From Candidatus Thorarchaeota archaeon SMTZ1-45 (GTDB lineage: Archaea > Asgardarchaeota > Thorarchaeia > Thorarchaeales > Thorarchaeaceae), in contig LRSL01000081.1 of the NCBI GenBank assembly GCA_001563335.1, positions 22,637-86,636 of the forward strand: DNA of 64,000 bases. The letters are read 5' to 3'. Positions within the stretch are counted from its first letter, which is position 1. Each line of letters begins with the position of its first letter. Under the pieces are notes generated by a model. It searched no databases. It worked only from the letters and a program-made list of their open reading frames with translations, and had not been told where the DNA came from. Below are positions 9,313-18,536 of this stretch, piece by piece. Position numbers and translations under genes: made by a program.

Positions 9313-9383
9313 TTCCTCACACCTAAAAACAGTCTATTTTCACAACGAAGACTCTATAAGTCAAACTAGGTCCCCCGATGAAT

Positions 9384-9461
9384 GGGGCCGTAGTCTAGCC
9401 TGGATAAGGCACCAGCCTGCGGAGTTGGTCATCCCCGGTTCGAATCCGGGCGGTCCCGCCA
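9384..9461 (+). tRNA. tRNA-Arg(GCG)
   Basis: Same cloverleaf as 8949-9026; anticodon loop CT GCG GA; T-loop TTCGAAT; encoded CCA. Confidence 0.95.
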
Positions 9462-9575
9462 CGTATTTTTTACATTGCCACAATTTCGAAGTCGACAAGA
9501 AGCTTAAATGCACTGTAAAAATCGGCTATGTATAAGTGGAGGAATAATCTGCCACAATTTCGAGAGAATTTGGCT

Positions 9576-10703
9576 ATGCAATTCACACCTCAGAGATTAG
9601 ACAAAGTACATCGTGCTATGCGGAGAGAGGAAGTTGCTGCATTACTAGTCACACGTAGGCAAGATGTACAATATCTGACAGGTTTTCAATATCGTGGCAT
9701 GAATGTGCCAATTGGATGTCTAATTATTGAGAAACATCAACCACAATTGATCCTTCCTGACAGACATGAACTTGTTTCTTCTCGTGAATCAGTGATTGGT
9801 AAGGTACGAACATTCAACGAAACAAACTATGAAGGATGGTCTCGAAGTCATGGTCCAGCTTTTTGGGAGAAGGTCACTAGCATTTTGAAAGAACTTGGGC
9901 TCGCAGGCAGTATGATTGGATTGCAGCATGATTGGCTCTCAGTGCAAGAGTTTGAGAAGTTAAAACAATCACTACCTGAGGCCGGATTCAAGGACTTCTC
10001 ACCAAGCTTATGGAAATTGAAACTCATCAAAGATGCTGCTGAGATAGATGCAATACGTAAAGCTGTGACCATATGTGAGATTGGTGTTCGAACTGCTCTT
10101 GAGGTTGTTACTACTGGTAAGTCAGAAGAGGATGCCTCACTTGAGATTGAGTCAGCAATGAGAGTTGCTGGTGGTCAACAACGAGGAATTCGTGCTGCAG
10201 TTTTGTCAGGAACATATTCACATCTTCCTCTTGCAGAACCTAGCACTTCAAGAATTATTAGTGATCAGTTTATTGTTCTTGATATAACAGTAAGTCACAC
10301 AGGATATTTTGGAGAGATTGCTAGGACTATACATCTTGGTAGACCGTCGAGTAAACAGAAGAAATTCTTCCAGTATGTGGTCAACATAGTAAGAATGCTA
10401 GAGAAGAGACTCAGACCTGAAGCACAGATAAAGGATGTAGCTGAGAAGACCCTTAAGAAAATGAAACGACGAATTCCATCTGACAATATACTGCAGCCTT
10501 TAGGGAACTCAATTGGTCTTGATCTCCATGAACCCCCATTCATCGCTCCTGATGCCCAGCACACTCTGAGACCAGGAATGGTATTCTCACTGCATCCAAC
10601 TGGCTTTGCAACTGGTGTTGGTACAGTCAAAATCGCTGATGTAGTCCTGATAACTGATAGCGGCTGTGAGAATCTCACATCGCTGGCTCGTGAAACAATA
10701 TAA
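9576..10703 (+). CDS. M24/Xaa-Pro peptidase-fold protein (creatinase N-domain + pita-bread domain), metal ligands degenerate
   Basis: YLTGF, IKDAAEIDAIRKA, GYFGEIART, GNSIGLDLHEPP, LRPGMVFS and GCENLT motifs; alternative start 9528. Confidence 0.85.
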   Translation: MQFTPQRLDKVHRAMRREEVAALLVTRRQDVQYLTGFQYRGMNVPIGCLIIEKHQPQLILPDRHELVSSRESVIGKVRTFNETNYEGWSRSHGPAFWEKVTSILKELGLAGSMIGLQHDWLSVQEFEKLKQSLPEAGFKDFSPSLWKLKLIKDAAEIDAIRKAVTICEIGVRTALEVVTTGKSEEDASLEIESAMRVAGGQQRGIRAAVLSGTYSHLPLAEPSTSRIISDQFIVLDITVSHTGYFGEIARTIHLGRPSSKQKKFFQYVVNIVRMLEKRLRPEAQIKDVAEKTLKKMKRRIPSDNILQPLGNSIGLDLHEPPFIAPDAQHTLRPGMVFSLHPTGFATGVGTVKIADVVLITDSGCENLTSLARETI

Positions 10704-11231
10704 TCAGGTAGCCTGCTGCCATCTCCGTAACTTCATGAATACTTGAGTAATCGTATCAGCTCTAAGTGTATGTTTCTCAACCTCTTCCCTTGTTATTTCT
10801 CTAATTTGAGCAGCTGGGGCTCCTGAGTTAAGAGTTCTGGGTGGAATTACAATATTTGGGGGGATAATACTTCCAGGAGCTAAAGACACCCCCTCTCCAA
10901 GGGTAGCGCCATCGAAGACAACGCAACCATCTCCAATGTTCGAGTTGTCTCCAACATAGACACCATGAATTGCGGAAGCAGTAGAAATAATGACATTATT
11001 TCCGATAATTGCTGGGTTGTCTGCATTGTGAGCATGGATGACCACACTATCTTGAATACATGTGTTCTCACCAATGCGGACTGAAGCTTGATCGCCTCTT
11101 ATGACTGCTCCTGGCCAAACGTTCGATCCCGGACCAATCTCAACATCTCCCATAATGGTCGCTTGTGGACTAACATAGGCTTGTGAATCAATCTTCGGAC
11201 TCTTATCACCAAAGGGTAGTACTGGCATCAT
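10704..11231 (-). CDS. Gamma carbonic anhydrase-like hexapeptide-repeat protein (YrdA/PaaY family)
   Basis: GDVEIG...VWPGAVIRGD...IGENTCIQD..VIH left-handed beta-helix; G.PA..IR C-terminal motif. Confidence 0.88.
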   Translation of the reverse strand: MMPVLPFGDKSPKIDSQAYVSPQATIMGDVEIGPGSNVWPGAVIRGDQASVRIGENTCIQDSVVIHAHNADNPAIIGNNVIISTASAIHGVYVGDNSNIGDGCVVFDGATLGEGVSLAPGSIIPPNIVIPPRTLNSGAPAAQIREITREEVEKHTLRADTITQVFMKLRRWQQAT

Positions 11232-11303
11232 CGCACCTCAATTCTATCTAGAATACCTCCAGTCTCGCATTCATATAAAATATCATGCGATTTGTAGGCA
11301 TGT

Positions 11304-11678
11304 TCACTTCTGACCAAAGAAGAACTCAATCACATCTTCATAATGCTCAAGCGGCCGTAATCCAATCAATCTGTTCAGTTTCTTCTTCTCCCCAGTCCTT
11401 TGGTCTGTGGTTTCATATTTAGCAGGTGCTCCGTCAAAATAGAGCAAAACACAGGGAATCGCATGAATCATATTATCAATGGCAAATTTCCGGTATTCTT
11501 CTGTGTTGACCTTCAAGAATCTGATATCGGGATTATCAGCATATTTTGCATCTAGCTCTTCAAGGATGGGTGTCAATGCTCTACAGGGCTGACACCAAGG
11601 CGCCCAAGCATCTACAAAAAGGAGTCTGGTCTCGCGAATTATTCTCTCAACAATATCTGGTGATACATCCGAAACCAT
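11304..11678 (-). CDS. Thioredoxin (WCQPC)
   Basis: DAWAPWCQPC, FLKVN, AIP cis-Pro, RLIG. Confidence 0.9.
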   Translation of the reverse strand: MVSDVSPDIVERIIRETRLLFVDAWAPWCQPCRALTPILEELDAKYADNPDIRFLKVNTEEYRKFAIDNMIHAIPCVLLYFDGAPAKYETTDQRTGEKKKLNRLIGLRPLEHYEDVIEFFFGQK

Positions 11679-11809
11679 GACTCTTTGATTACATGATAGG
11701 CTATGAATCTTACTTCAGATGACGAACAACTTGTTTAAATCTGTCTGCTGATTTGTAAGATAGTTTCTTAGTGGAATCCACAACATAATCAATGTTCCAT
11801 CTCGAAGTG

Positions 11810-11840
11810 GGAGAAGAAAAGATGAAGGGGAATAATCCCC
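11810..11840 (-). terminator. Hairpin plus pyrimidine tract after the upstream thioredoxin
   Basis: Minus strand reads GGGGA-TTAT-TCCCC followed by TTCATCTTTTCTTCTC. Confidence 0.4.
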
Positions 11841-11860
11841 AAGAGAATAGTGAAAGCTTT

Positions 11861-12223
11861 CTATGCAGCTTCTTGTGCAAGAAGATTATCTGCAATCTGT
11901 TCGTACACCTCTGGCGGCATTACACCAACCAGCTTGTCCATCTTTCTACCTGATCCGTCGTCAAAAACAACTCTCTTGCCTTCGGAATAGACTAGTACGC
12001 TTGGAACGCCAGTTATCTGATTTTCCATTGAGAACTCGCGGTTTTGATCCACATCGATTTTTACAACCTTAAGACCTCTATCCTTGAATTTCTCCTGTAC
12101 TTCTTCAAGAATCGGACTAAGTGTCCGGCACGGTCCACACCAAGTAGCCCACGCATCAACAAACACTACTTTATGACCCTCGATAATCTTCGGCAAATCA
12201 TCGGAATTTATGTCATCAACCAT
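11861..12223 (-). CDS. trxA: Thioredoxin (WCGPC)
   Basis: DAWATWCGPC, VVKIDVD, GVP; start placed at MVDDINS (12223) after GGAG. Confidence 0.92.
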   Translation of the reverse strand: MVDDINSDDLPKIIEGHKVVFVDAWATWCGPCRTLSPILEEVQEKFKDRGLKVVKIDVDQNREFSMENQITGVPSVLVYSEGKRVVFDDGSGRKMDKLVGVMPPEVYEQIADNLLAQEAA

Positions 12224-12252
12224 TATGTCTACGCTCCCGTCTCCGGCACGAG

Positions 12253-12287
12253 TCGGTTGTGCATGTTGGGTGCACAATCGGTTATAA
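12253..12287. promoter_or_regulatory. Inverted repeat abutting a TATA box in the trxA/helicase divergent promoter region
   Basis: TTGTGCA-N7-TGCACAA (12257-12277) next to TTATAA (12282-12287). Confidence 0.45.
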
Positions 12288-12377
12288 GGATTGTGATATC
12301 ACCTTGTTGTTCTTCAATGCATGTCAGGCCAAAGTTTGATAAGCGGCAGTCGATGGAATTGATTTCTAGAAACCTCG

Positions 12378-15026
12378 GTGATTATTGTGCCTGTTCTACA
12401 CTGTTCAAAATGTGGCTCTCGTCTTGACTTCAATAGAGCTGGAGATATTTGGACTGTGACTTGTTCTTCTTGCAATTTGGAGGTTTCAATTGGTGGAAGA
12501 AAGACTGACCTCTTTGATGCATATGAAGCATATACAACTCAAGTTCAGGCAGGTACAGCACTAGCAATGACCAATCAGCGAAAAAAGAAGTATCTTGGGT
12601 CAGGTGCTGACACACCGAGAAAGCGACGTCGGTCTGCTGATCCTGGCTCACGAGTTCAGTCCAAGGAAATAATCACAAAACTAGTGAAATCAGGTGGGGC
12701 GGATCTTAATGAACTCTTAGAGCCTCTTAGGAAACTCCTCACGAGCGGACGTGACTATCTGGTAAAATATCAGCTTATGCCTGCTTCTGATGCAGAGTAT
12801 GGCATTGAAACTGATAGACTAAATATACCAACAAAGCTGAAAGAATACCTTCAAAACCGAGGTATCACAACTCTCTACAAATTCCAAGAGGACTCATTCA
12901 ATGCCATCGAGCATGGAGAGGATTTAGTAATTGCAGCACCGACTGGTCAAGGTAAGACTGAGGCATTCATACTTCCCATAATTAGAAGGCTGCTAATCTC
13001 AGTTCGAGAATCATTTGATAATCCTGGAGTTCGAGCCTTGTTAGTGTATCCCACGAAGGCTTTGGCTCGAGACCAGTATGATAAGATCAAGCGGATGTGT
13101 GTAACCTCGAATCTCACTGTTTCAATATTTGATGGCGACGTTTCACAGAATACTCGACAGAGGATATACGATTCTCCTCCCGATATCCTGCTAACAAATC
13201 CAGATGTTCTTCACTATCATCTTGGTTGGGCAGAATCTAGACTTGTGCCATTACTGAGAACAGTACAATTTGTAGTCCTTGATGAGATTCACCTCTACAC
13301 AGGGTCTATGGGAACAAATGTCTATTACATTCTCAAACGATTGGAACTTGAATCCGGTCGTTTTCAGAAAATCGGTGCATCAGCCACTGTTTCTAATCCA
13401 AAAGAGTTTGCAGATATCCTCTTTGACACTGACGTCAGACTTGTAGAGTCTGTGACTGCCAAACGTGGACCAGTACACTTCATGATGTACTATCCGGGGA
13501 TGAGAAGTAAGTATAGTATGATAGTTGACCTTGTCAATCAACTCCGACAGGGTGATTTCAAGACACTTGTTTTTGGCAACACGCATTCTGAAGCTGAAGT
13601 ATTGAATATGCTCATTGGTGATACTGGTATCAAATCAATGGTTCACAGAGCTGGGTTGCCAAAGAAATATAGGAGTGAAGTTGAAGATCAATTTAGATCT
13701 GGAGACCTCCCTGTCATCGTTTCCACACCAACCCTTGAGCTTGGGATTGATATTGGTGACCTAGATAGTGTGGTCAGTATGATTGTGTCAATAACGCGAT
13801 TGACTCAACGAGTAGGCCGGGCTGGAAGGAAGGGACAAGAGAGTGTAGCTATCTTAGCCCTAAGAGAGAATGATCCCATATCTTCCTTCTATCGACATGA
13901 GCCTGAGAAATACTTCTCAGACATAGACGCAGCATATATGGAGCCAGACAATGAAGTCGTTGGTTACTACCAACTTATTGCAGCAGCTATGAGTGGAAAA
14001 TTAAGCATCTCTAATTTTTCAAGACACAGAGAATTAATTGACAAGCTTGAGAATGAAGGCTTCATTCGAATTCAAGATGGTGGAAAGGTACAGATTGTTG
14101 ATTTTGACAAAGCAAGGAAAGAATGGCGTGGATACAGCATTAGAGGTATCGGAGATACTGTTCAGATTAAGACTGGGAATAAGGGACTTGGTGAACGATC
14201 AATGCCAATGGCAGCTCAAGAGCTTCATCCAGGTGCTATCTATCTCCATGGGGGGAAGAACTACCTATCTGTAGATTTCAAGTATACTCCTGGTTTGGGA
14301 CGTGCCACAGTCGTTCCACACACCAACAGGAGTGAACATACTAAGCCCCTCTACTCGACGATGCCTAGGATTATAGACATAATAGAACGAAGTAAGATTC
14401 TTGGTCTCAATGCTGTCTATTGTACACTTGAGATGACACAGACTGTTGATGGCTATGTGACAAAGGAAACCAGGACCGCTCGAGTGCTGAACAGAACAAG
14501 TCTTTCAAAGCCTCTCATCTACAAGTATCGAACTCGTGGTTTTGCTTTCACAGCTCCTGAACCAGTCAAGGCAGTCAACAACCAGACTTCTGGAGAGTTG
14601 CGTGCATTGAAGGGTCCTCGAATGGGTCCAGCTGAATTGTATGGTGGCGCTTTTCATGCACTTGAACATGTACTAATTGAGTCTAGTGACATGCTTACTG
14701 GTGGTGGCACACGTGAGATAGGAGGCGTTTCCATGGGTGACTCAGGGATTATTTTCGTTTATGATGGAAGCCCTGGGGGAAATGGTGCCTCTAAACTATT
14801 GTTCACAAAGCTTGATGAAGCATTCCGAAGGGCAAAGACAATTCTTGAGAAGTGCGACTGTGATACCATAGACGGGTGTCCTCTGTGCACGTATTCATAC
14901 CATTGCGGTAATAATAACAGTCCCCTATTCAAATTAGGAGCGCTTGAAAGCATCCACAAAATCCTCGAAAAAGTTGAAACAACAGTTGATATCGAGGGAT
15001 ACATTGGCTACCAACCCCTTGTCTAA
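12378..15026 (+). CDS. SF2 DEAD/DEAH-box helicase with C-terminal DUF1998 (Hrq1/MrfA/SftH-like) and N-terminal Zn finger
   Basis: APTGQGKT, DEIH, SAT, LELGIDIG, QRVGRAGR; C-terminal HALEH...YDG..GGNG...CDC...GCPLC...C; N-terminal CSKC...CSSC. Confidence 0.9.
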   Translation: MIIVPVLHCSKCGSRLDFNRAGDIWTVTCSSCNLEVSIGGRKTDLFDAYEAYTTQVQAGTALAMTNQRKKKYLGSGADTPRKRRRSADPGSRVQSKEIITKLVKSGGADLNELLEPLRKLLTSGRDYLVKYQLMPASDAEYGIETDRLNIPTKLKEYLQNRGITTLYKFQEDSFNAIEHGEDLVIAAPTGQGKTEAFILPIIRRLLISVRESFDNPGVRALLVYPTKALARDQYDKIKRMCVTSNLTVSIFDGDVSQNTRQRIYDSPPDILLTNPDVLHYHLGWAESRLVPLLRTVQFVVLDEIHLYTGSMGTNVYYILKRLELESGRFQKIGASATVSNPKEFADILFDTDVRLVESVTAKRGPVHFMMYYPGMRSKYSMIVDLVNQLRQGDFKTLVFGNTHSEAEVLNMLIGDTGIKSMVHRAGLPKKYRSEVEDQFRSGDLPVIVSTPTLELGIDIGDLDSVVSMIVSITRLTQRVGRAGRKGQESVAILALRENDPISSFYRHEPEKYFSDIDAAYMEPDNEVVGYYQLIAAAMSGKLSISNFSRHRELIDKLENEGFIRIQDGGKVQIVDFDKARKEWRGYSIRGIGDTVQIKTGNKGLGERSMPMAAQELHPGAIYLHGGKNYLSVDFKYTPGLGRATVVPHTNRSEHTKPLYSTMPRIIDIIERSKILGLNAVYCTLEMTQTVDGYVTKETRTARVLNRTSLSKPLIYKYRTRGFAFTAPEPVKAVNNQTSGELRALKGPRMGPAELYGGAFHALEHVLIESSDMLTGGGTREIGGVSMGDSGIIFVYDGSPGGNGASKLLFTKLDEAFRRAKTILEKCDCDTIDGCPLCTYSYHCGNNNSPLFKLGALESIHKILEKVETTVDIEGYIGYQPLV

Positions 15027-15041
15027 TGAGGTGAATAGTAA

Positions 15042-16964
15042 ATGGCTGAGTTTCGTGTAGGTCGTGGTCATGATGGTCCCGCCCGCGTGGGTGAGTATAT
15101 TCTAGGACCTACAACATATGCAACACCTCTCTTGACCTCATCATTCACCTCCAGTGATTCCATCATTTCATATGGGACCCAAGGTCGTGACGAACCTTTT
15201 TCAAAGAAACCAATGTTGATCGCACTTCCTTTCACCAGTCATTTCAATGATTTTCCTCTATCAAATGTCCGAGAATCTGACGCAATTATCCTGCCATCTT
15301 TGATCTCACTTGCAGCCATAAGTCATGAATCCCCTGGCTTAGTCCTTGACCTTCAACATGACGTTCTTTCAAGACTCACAAAAGATATTGATCCATCTAG
15401 GACCATTATTCGTATCCCCTCTGAGTTGAACCCTGAATCAATTACAAACTCACACAACTTTGGTTCTCATGGTGCCGCATTTTCTTTCAATGGCCTACTA
15501 GGTTCTAATGACTTTGGTGCCATTCACCTTCGAACTCGTCTGCCTCTCTTCATGCTTGCACTTGCCCTAGGCCGAATTGAACCAGGACTCATTCCACTCC
15601 TTTTCTACGTCGGGTTTGACATCATTGACATCGGTCACGCAGAGGAAGCTGCTGCAAAAAAGCTCAGGTTGTGGAAAAACGGTTCTGAGAGGATAGAGCT
15701 TGGAAAAGAACGTCGCTATTGTTCATGCCCCGCCTGTGAGAAGCTTGACAATGCTACGCCAGAAGCCCTACAGGGTATTATTCTAGAACATAATCTTGGA
15801 ATCTACAAATCTATTCTTTCTGAGTCAAAGGATGCAATGAGATCCGGTCGTTTACGATGGCTAGTGGAGAGTTCTACTCACAACTCTCCCGCACAAGCCT
15901 CTCTCATACGGCTGGTCAATAGAGAACTCTACCCCTTTATTGAAGAATTCTCTCCCACAACAGGACCAGATGCCTTACCAGTGATTGGGTCCGAATCTTA
16001 CAATGCTCCAGTAGTACAAAGGTTTAGAGATTATGTAGCAAATAGATATGCTGCTCCTGATAACAAACCAATCATTCTCCTGCTACCTTGCTCTGCGAAG
16101 AAACCCTATTCTGACTCAAAGTCTCACAGAAAATTCTCTGCTGTAATTGAATCAGCAATGAGTGGAATGGAATCTAGAGTGGCTCAAGTTATACTTACCT
16201 CACCACTTGGACTAGTCCCTCGAGAACTTGAAAGAATCTATCCTGCTGGCCAATATGACATACCTGTGACTGGCGATTGGGATACAGAAGAAATCGCAAT
16301 TGGTGCCAACGCCCTCATTACCCACCTAAACAAATTCCCTATTTCTTCAGTTGTCATAGCACATGTGTCTGGAGGTTATCTGGACATAGTCCGAGCTGCG
16401 GAACCAAGAATTGCACAAAGTCTGATCTATACGACACATGAGAATCGAGCAACAAGTCGTGAGTCACTAAATGCATTACAGGAAACGCTAATCGAACTCA
16501 AAGAGATTCTCTCTATATCTGGTGGACCTAGAACTGAATTGGAAGAGATTGTTACCGCTACAGCAGATTATCAGTTCGGAGCTAGGGCTGGTAAAGTATT
16601 AGTCCCTGAACATGCAAAACTCAGGGGAAAGCCATACAAGCAAATCATCTGTAGTTTAAATGAGGATCAAATCTGTTCCTATGTGGCTGAGAGTGGCACA
16701 CTATCACTGACACTTGCTGGAGGAAAACTTCTTGCTCCACTAAATCGTTATTGGGTCCGTCTTGAGGCTCCAAAAGTCAAGGGTGGATCCGTCTTTGCGG
16801 TGGGTATACAAAAGGCTGATTTTACCATTCGTCCTGGTGATGAAGTCGTTGTCATTAACGAATCCAATGATGTTATTGCTGTAGGTCGAAGTGAGATGTC
16901 TGGCCGTGAGATGTGCGAGTTACCACGAGGTAGAGCTGTAACTGTTCGTCATAAAAAGGAGTGA
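15042..16964 (+). CDS. arcS: Archaeosine synthase subunit alpha (ArcS/TgtA2) with PUA domain
   Basis: DGPARVG, CSCPAC...H Zn site, LLPCSAKKPYS.SKSH, TSPLGLVPRELE..YP...YDIPVTGDW, C-terminal PUA (IRPGDEV); GAGGTGA RBS. Confidence 0.92.
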   Translation: MAEFRVGRGHDGPARVGEYILGPTTYATPLLTSSFTSSDSIISYGTQGRDEPFSKKPMLIALPFTSHFNDFPLSNVRESDAIILPSLISLAAISHESPGLVLDLQHDVLSRLTKDIDPSRTIIRIPSELNPESITNSHNFGSHGAAFSFNGLLGSNDFGAIHLRTRLPLFMLALALGRIEPGLIPLLFYVGFDIIDIGHAEEAAAKKLRLWKNGSERIELGKERRYCSCPACEKLDNATPEALQGIILEHNLGIYKSILSESKDAMRSGRLRWLVESSTHNSPAQASLIRLVNRELYPFIEEFSPTTGPDALPVIGSESYNAPVVQRFRDYVANRYAAPDNKPIILLLPCSAKKPYSDSKSHRKFSAVIESAMSGMESRVAQVILTSPLGLVPRELERIYPAGQYDIPVTGDWDTEEIAIGANALITHLNKFPISSVVIAHVSGGYLDIVRAAEPRIAQSLIYTTHENRATSRESLNALQETLIELKEILSISGGPRTELEEIVTATADYQFGARAGKVLVPEHAKLRGKPYKQIICSLNEDQICSYVAESGTLSLTLAGGKLLAPLNRYWVRLEAPKVKGGSVFAVGIQKADFTIRPGDEVVVINESNDVIAVGRSEMSGREMCELPRGRAVTVRHKKE

Positions 16965-16973
16965 AAGAGAGGT

Positions 16974-18056
16974 ATGGAAGTAACTCTTAGACAAATCAAT
17001 GAAGTTGTTCAACAAGCCACTCTACAGGCTCGAGGAAGTTCACTCAGAAAGAGAAAGAAAAGAAATCCAATACAACCCTCTGCGAAGTGGACAGCACCCG
17101 CCAGAGTTGGTAGAGAACAAGGAACTGCACTTGCAGTTGTCTTGTCAACCATAGGATGTGCGCATGCACGGAGTGATGCAGGAGGTTGCACAATGTGTAG
17201 CTATCTCCTAGATGGTACACAAGAAAAGCCAACTTCCGAAGAGATAGTTGCCCAATTCAAATTTGCAATTTTGGAGCTAGACATGAAAGAAGCTCCATTA
17301 TCAGTCAAAATCTACACTAGTGGTAGTTTTTTGGATGATGAAGAAGTCCCATCAGAGGCAAGATTCAAGATTCTGAATTTAATATCAAAAGATGAGAGGA
17401 TACGTGAAGTAGTGCTTGAATCTCGACCAGAATATGTCAATGATATGAATCTATCAGATATTCGAGAGGCACTTGGTGATAGAACTATTGAGATTGGGAT
17501 GGGGCTCGAAAGTGCAAGTGATGCAGTTCGTTCAGTTTGCGTAAACAAAAATTTCGACTTGAAAATATTCAGCAATGCTCTGAAGACCGCTAAGAAATTC
17601 AATATTGGCACTCGTGCTTATGTGTTACTCAAGCCACCTTTTCTTACAGAACGTGATGCACTTCTTGATGCTATCTCAACAATACAAGAAGCACAAACAT
17701 TGGGGGTCACAACTGTTTCTCTTAATCCAGTCAATGTACAGAGGGATACACTAGTTGAGAAGCTCTGGACACGAGGCAATTACAGACCACCTTGGTTATG
17801 GAGTGTTCTTGAAGTACTTCGTGAAGCTACAAGTATCTCTGATCGGTGGATGAAGATTGTCTGTGATCCTGTAGGGGGAGGAAAGAGAAGAGGTGCACAC
17901 AATTGTGGTAAGTGTGATAGTGAAATACTAGATGCAATTCGAGAATTCTCATTGAGTCAAAACTCTTCTTTGCTGGATAATCTGAGTTGTGACTGTATCA
18001 ATCAGTGGAAACATGTCCTGACACACGAAGACTTCTCTCTAGTGGCTCATAGATGA
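16974..18056 (+). CDS. raSEA: Archaeosine biosynthesis radical SAM protein RaSEA
   Basis: GC...GGCTMC, KIYTSGSFLD..EV, ESRPEY, YVLLKPPFL.E, YRPPWLWS, RGAHNCGKCD; adjacent to arcS. Confidence 0.92.
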   Translation: MEVTLRQINEVVQQATLQARGSSLRKRKKRNPIQPSAKWTAPARVGREQGTALAVVLSTIGCAHARSDAGGCTMCSYLLDGTQEKPTSEEIVAQFKFAILELDMKEAPLSVKIYTSGSFLDDEEVPSEARFKILNLISKDERIREVVLESRPEYVNDMNLSDIREALGDRTIEIGMGLESASDAVRSVCVNKNFDLKIFSNALKTAKKFNIGTRAYVLLKPPFLTERDALLDAISTIQEAQTLGVTTVSLNPVNVQRDTLVEKLWTRGNYRPPWLWSVLEVLREATSISDRWMKIVCDPVGGGKRRGAHNCGKCDSEILDAIREFSLSQNSSLLDNLSCDCINQWKHVLTHEDFSLVAHR

Positions 18057-18134
18057 AATATGTGTCTTATGAAAAAGGTCATAAAGAATATCAAGTGGCG
18101 GTGCCATGTTTTGAATAATCTGGAGTGATTGATA

Positions 18135-18482
18135 ATGGCTCGATATGTAACCCGAGTGTCTGTTTGGTTCTATAGTGAAGGAGCCTCACCTTCTCAGGTG
18201 ATGAGCAAGCTCCTTGATCTTGGCTTTAAACCTGTCAGAGGGGCATATGATTTCGTATATGAACACAATAATGAAAACATGACTGAAGCGGACCTTGGAA
18301 GTGCTATTATTGAGATTTCAAATGCATTACATAAAACACTCTCAGGGTTCAAGGTTTTTTACAATCTAGATACGAGTCTTTCCAATGGGGAGGATGATTA
18401 TGCCCCACTCGAAGATATCGATGCTGAGTTAGAAGAAACTCGAAAAGCACTTGAGGAGATTGAGAACGAAACTAAATTGTGA
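18135..18482 (+). CDS. Conserved archaeal hypothetical protein with acidic C-terminal helix
   Basis: GGAGTGA RBS; SEGASPS.V...L..LGFKP..G.YDF.Y pattern typical of a small archaeal family. Confidence 0.7.
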   Translation: MARYVTRVSVWFYSEGASPSQVMSKLLDLGFKPVRGAYDFVYEHNNENMTEADLGSAIIEISNALHKTLSGFKVFYNLDTSLSNGEDDYAPLEDIDAELEETRKALEEIENETKL

Positions 18483-18491
18483 TTTTTCGGA

Positions 18492-18517
18492 ATGGGTGAG
18501 TTGTTTTTCTCACCCAT
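18492..18517. terminator. Inverted repeat between convergent genes (bidirectional terminator-like)
   Basis: ATGGGTGAG-N8-CTCACCCAT, followed by CCTTT. Confidence 0.55.
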
Positions 18518-18536
18518 CCTTTATAATCCGATTCTA

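Noticed and set aside
8949-9461. tRNA direct repeats as attL/attR of an integrated element
   Set aside because: Both copies are complete tRNAs with different anticodons, only 357 bp lie between them, and there is no integrase
8836-9535. ORFs 8836-9120 (-) and 9119-9535 (+)
   Set aside because: They run through tRNA genes; spurious
11304-12223. Selenocysteine (in-frame TGA) in the redox genes
   Set aside because: Both thioredoxins have ordinary CxxC motifs; no convincing UGA read-through candidate or SECIS identified
12378-15026. DISARM/Druantia-type defence system based on the DUF1998 helicase
   Set aside because: No drmA/drmC/drmD, PLD or linked MTase; neighbours are tRNA-modification genes
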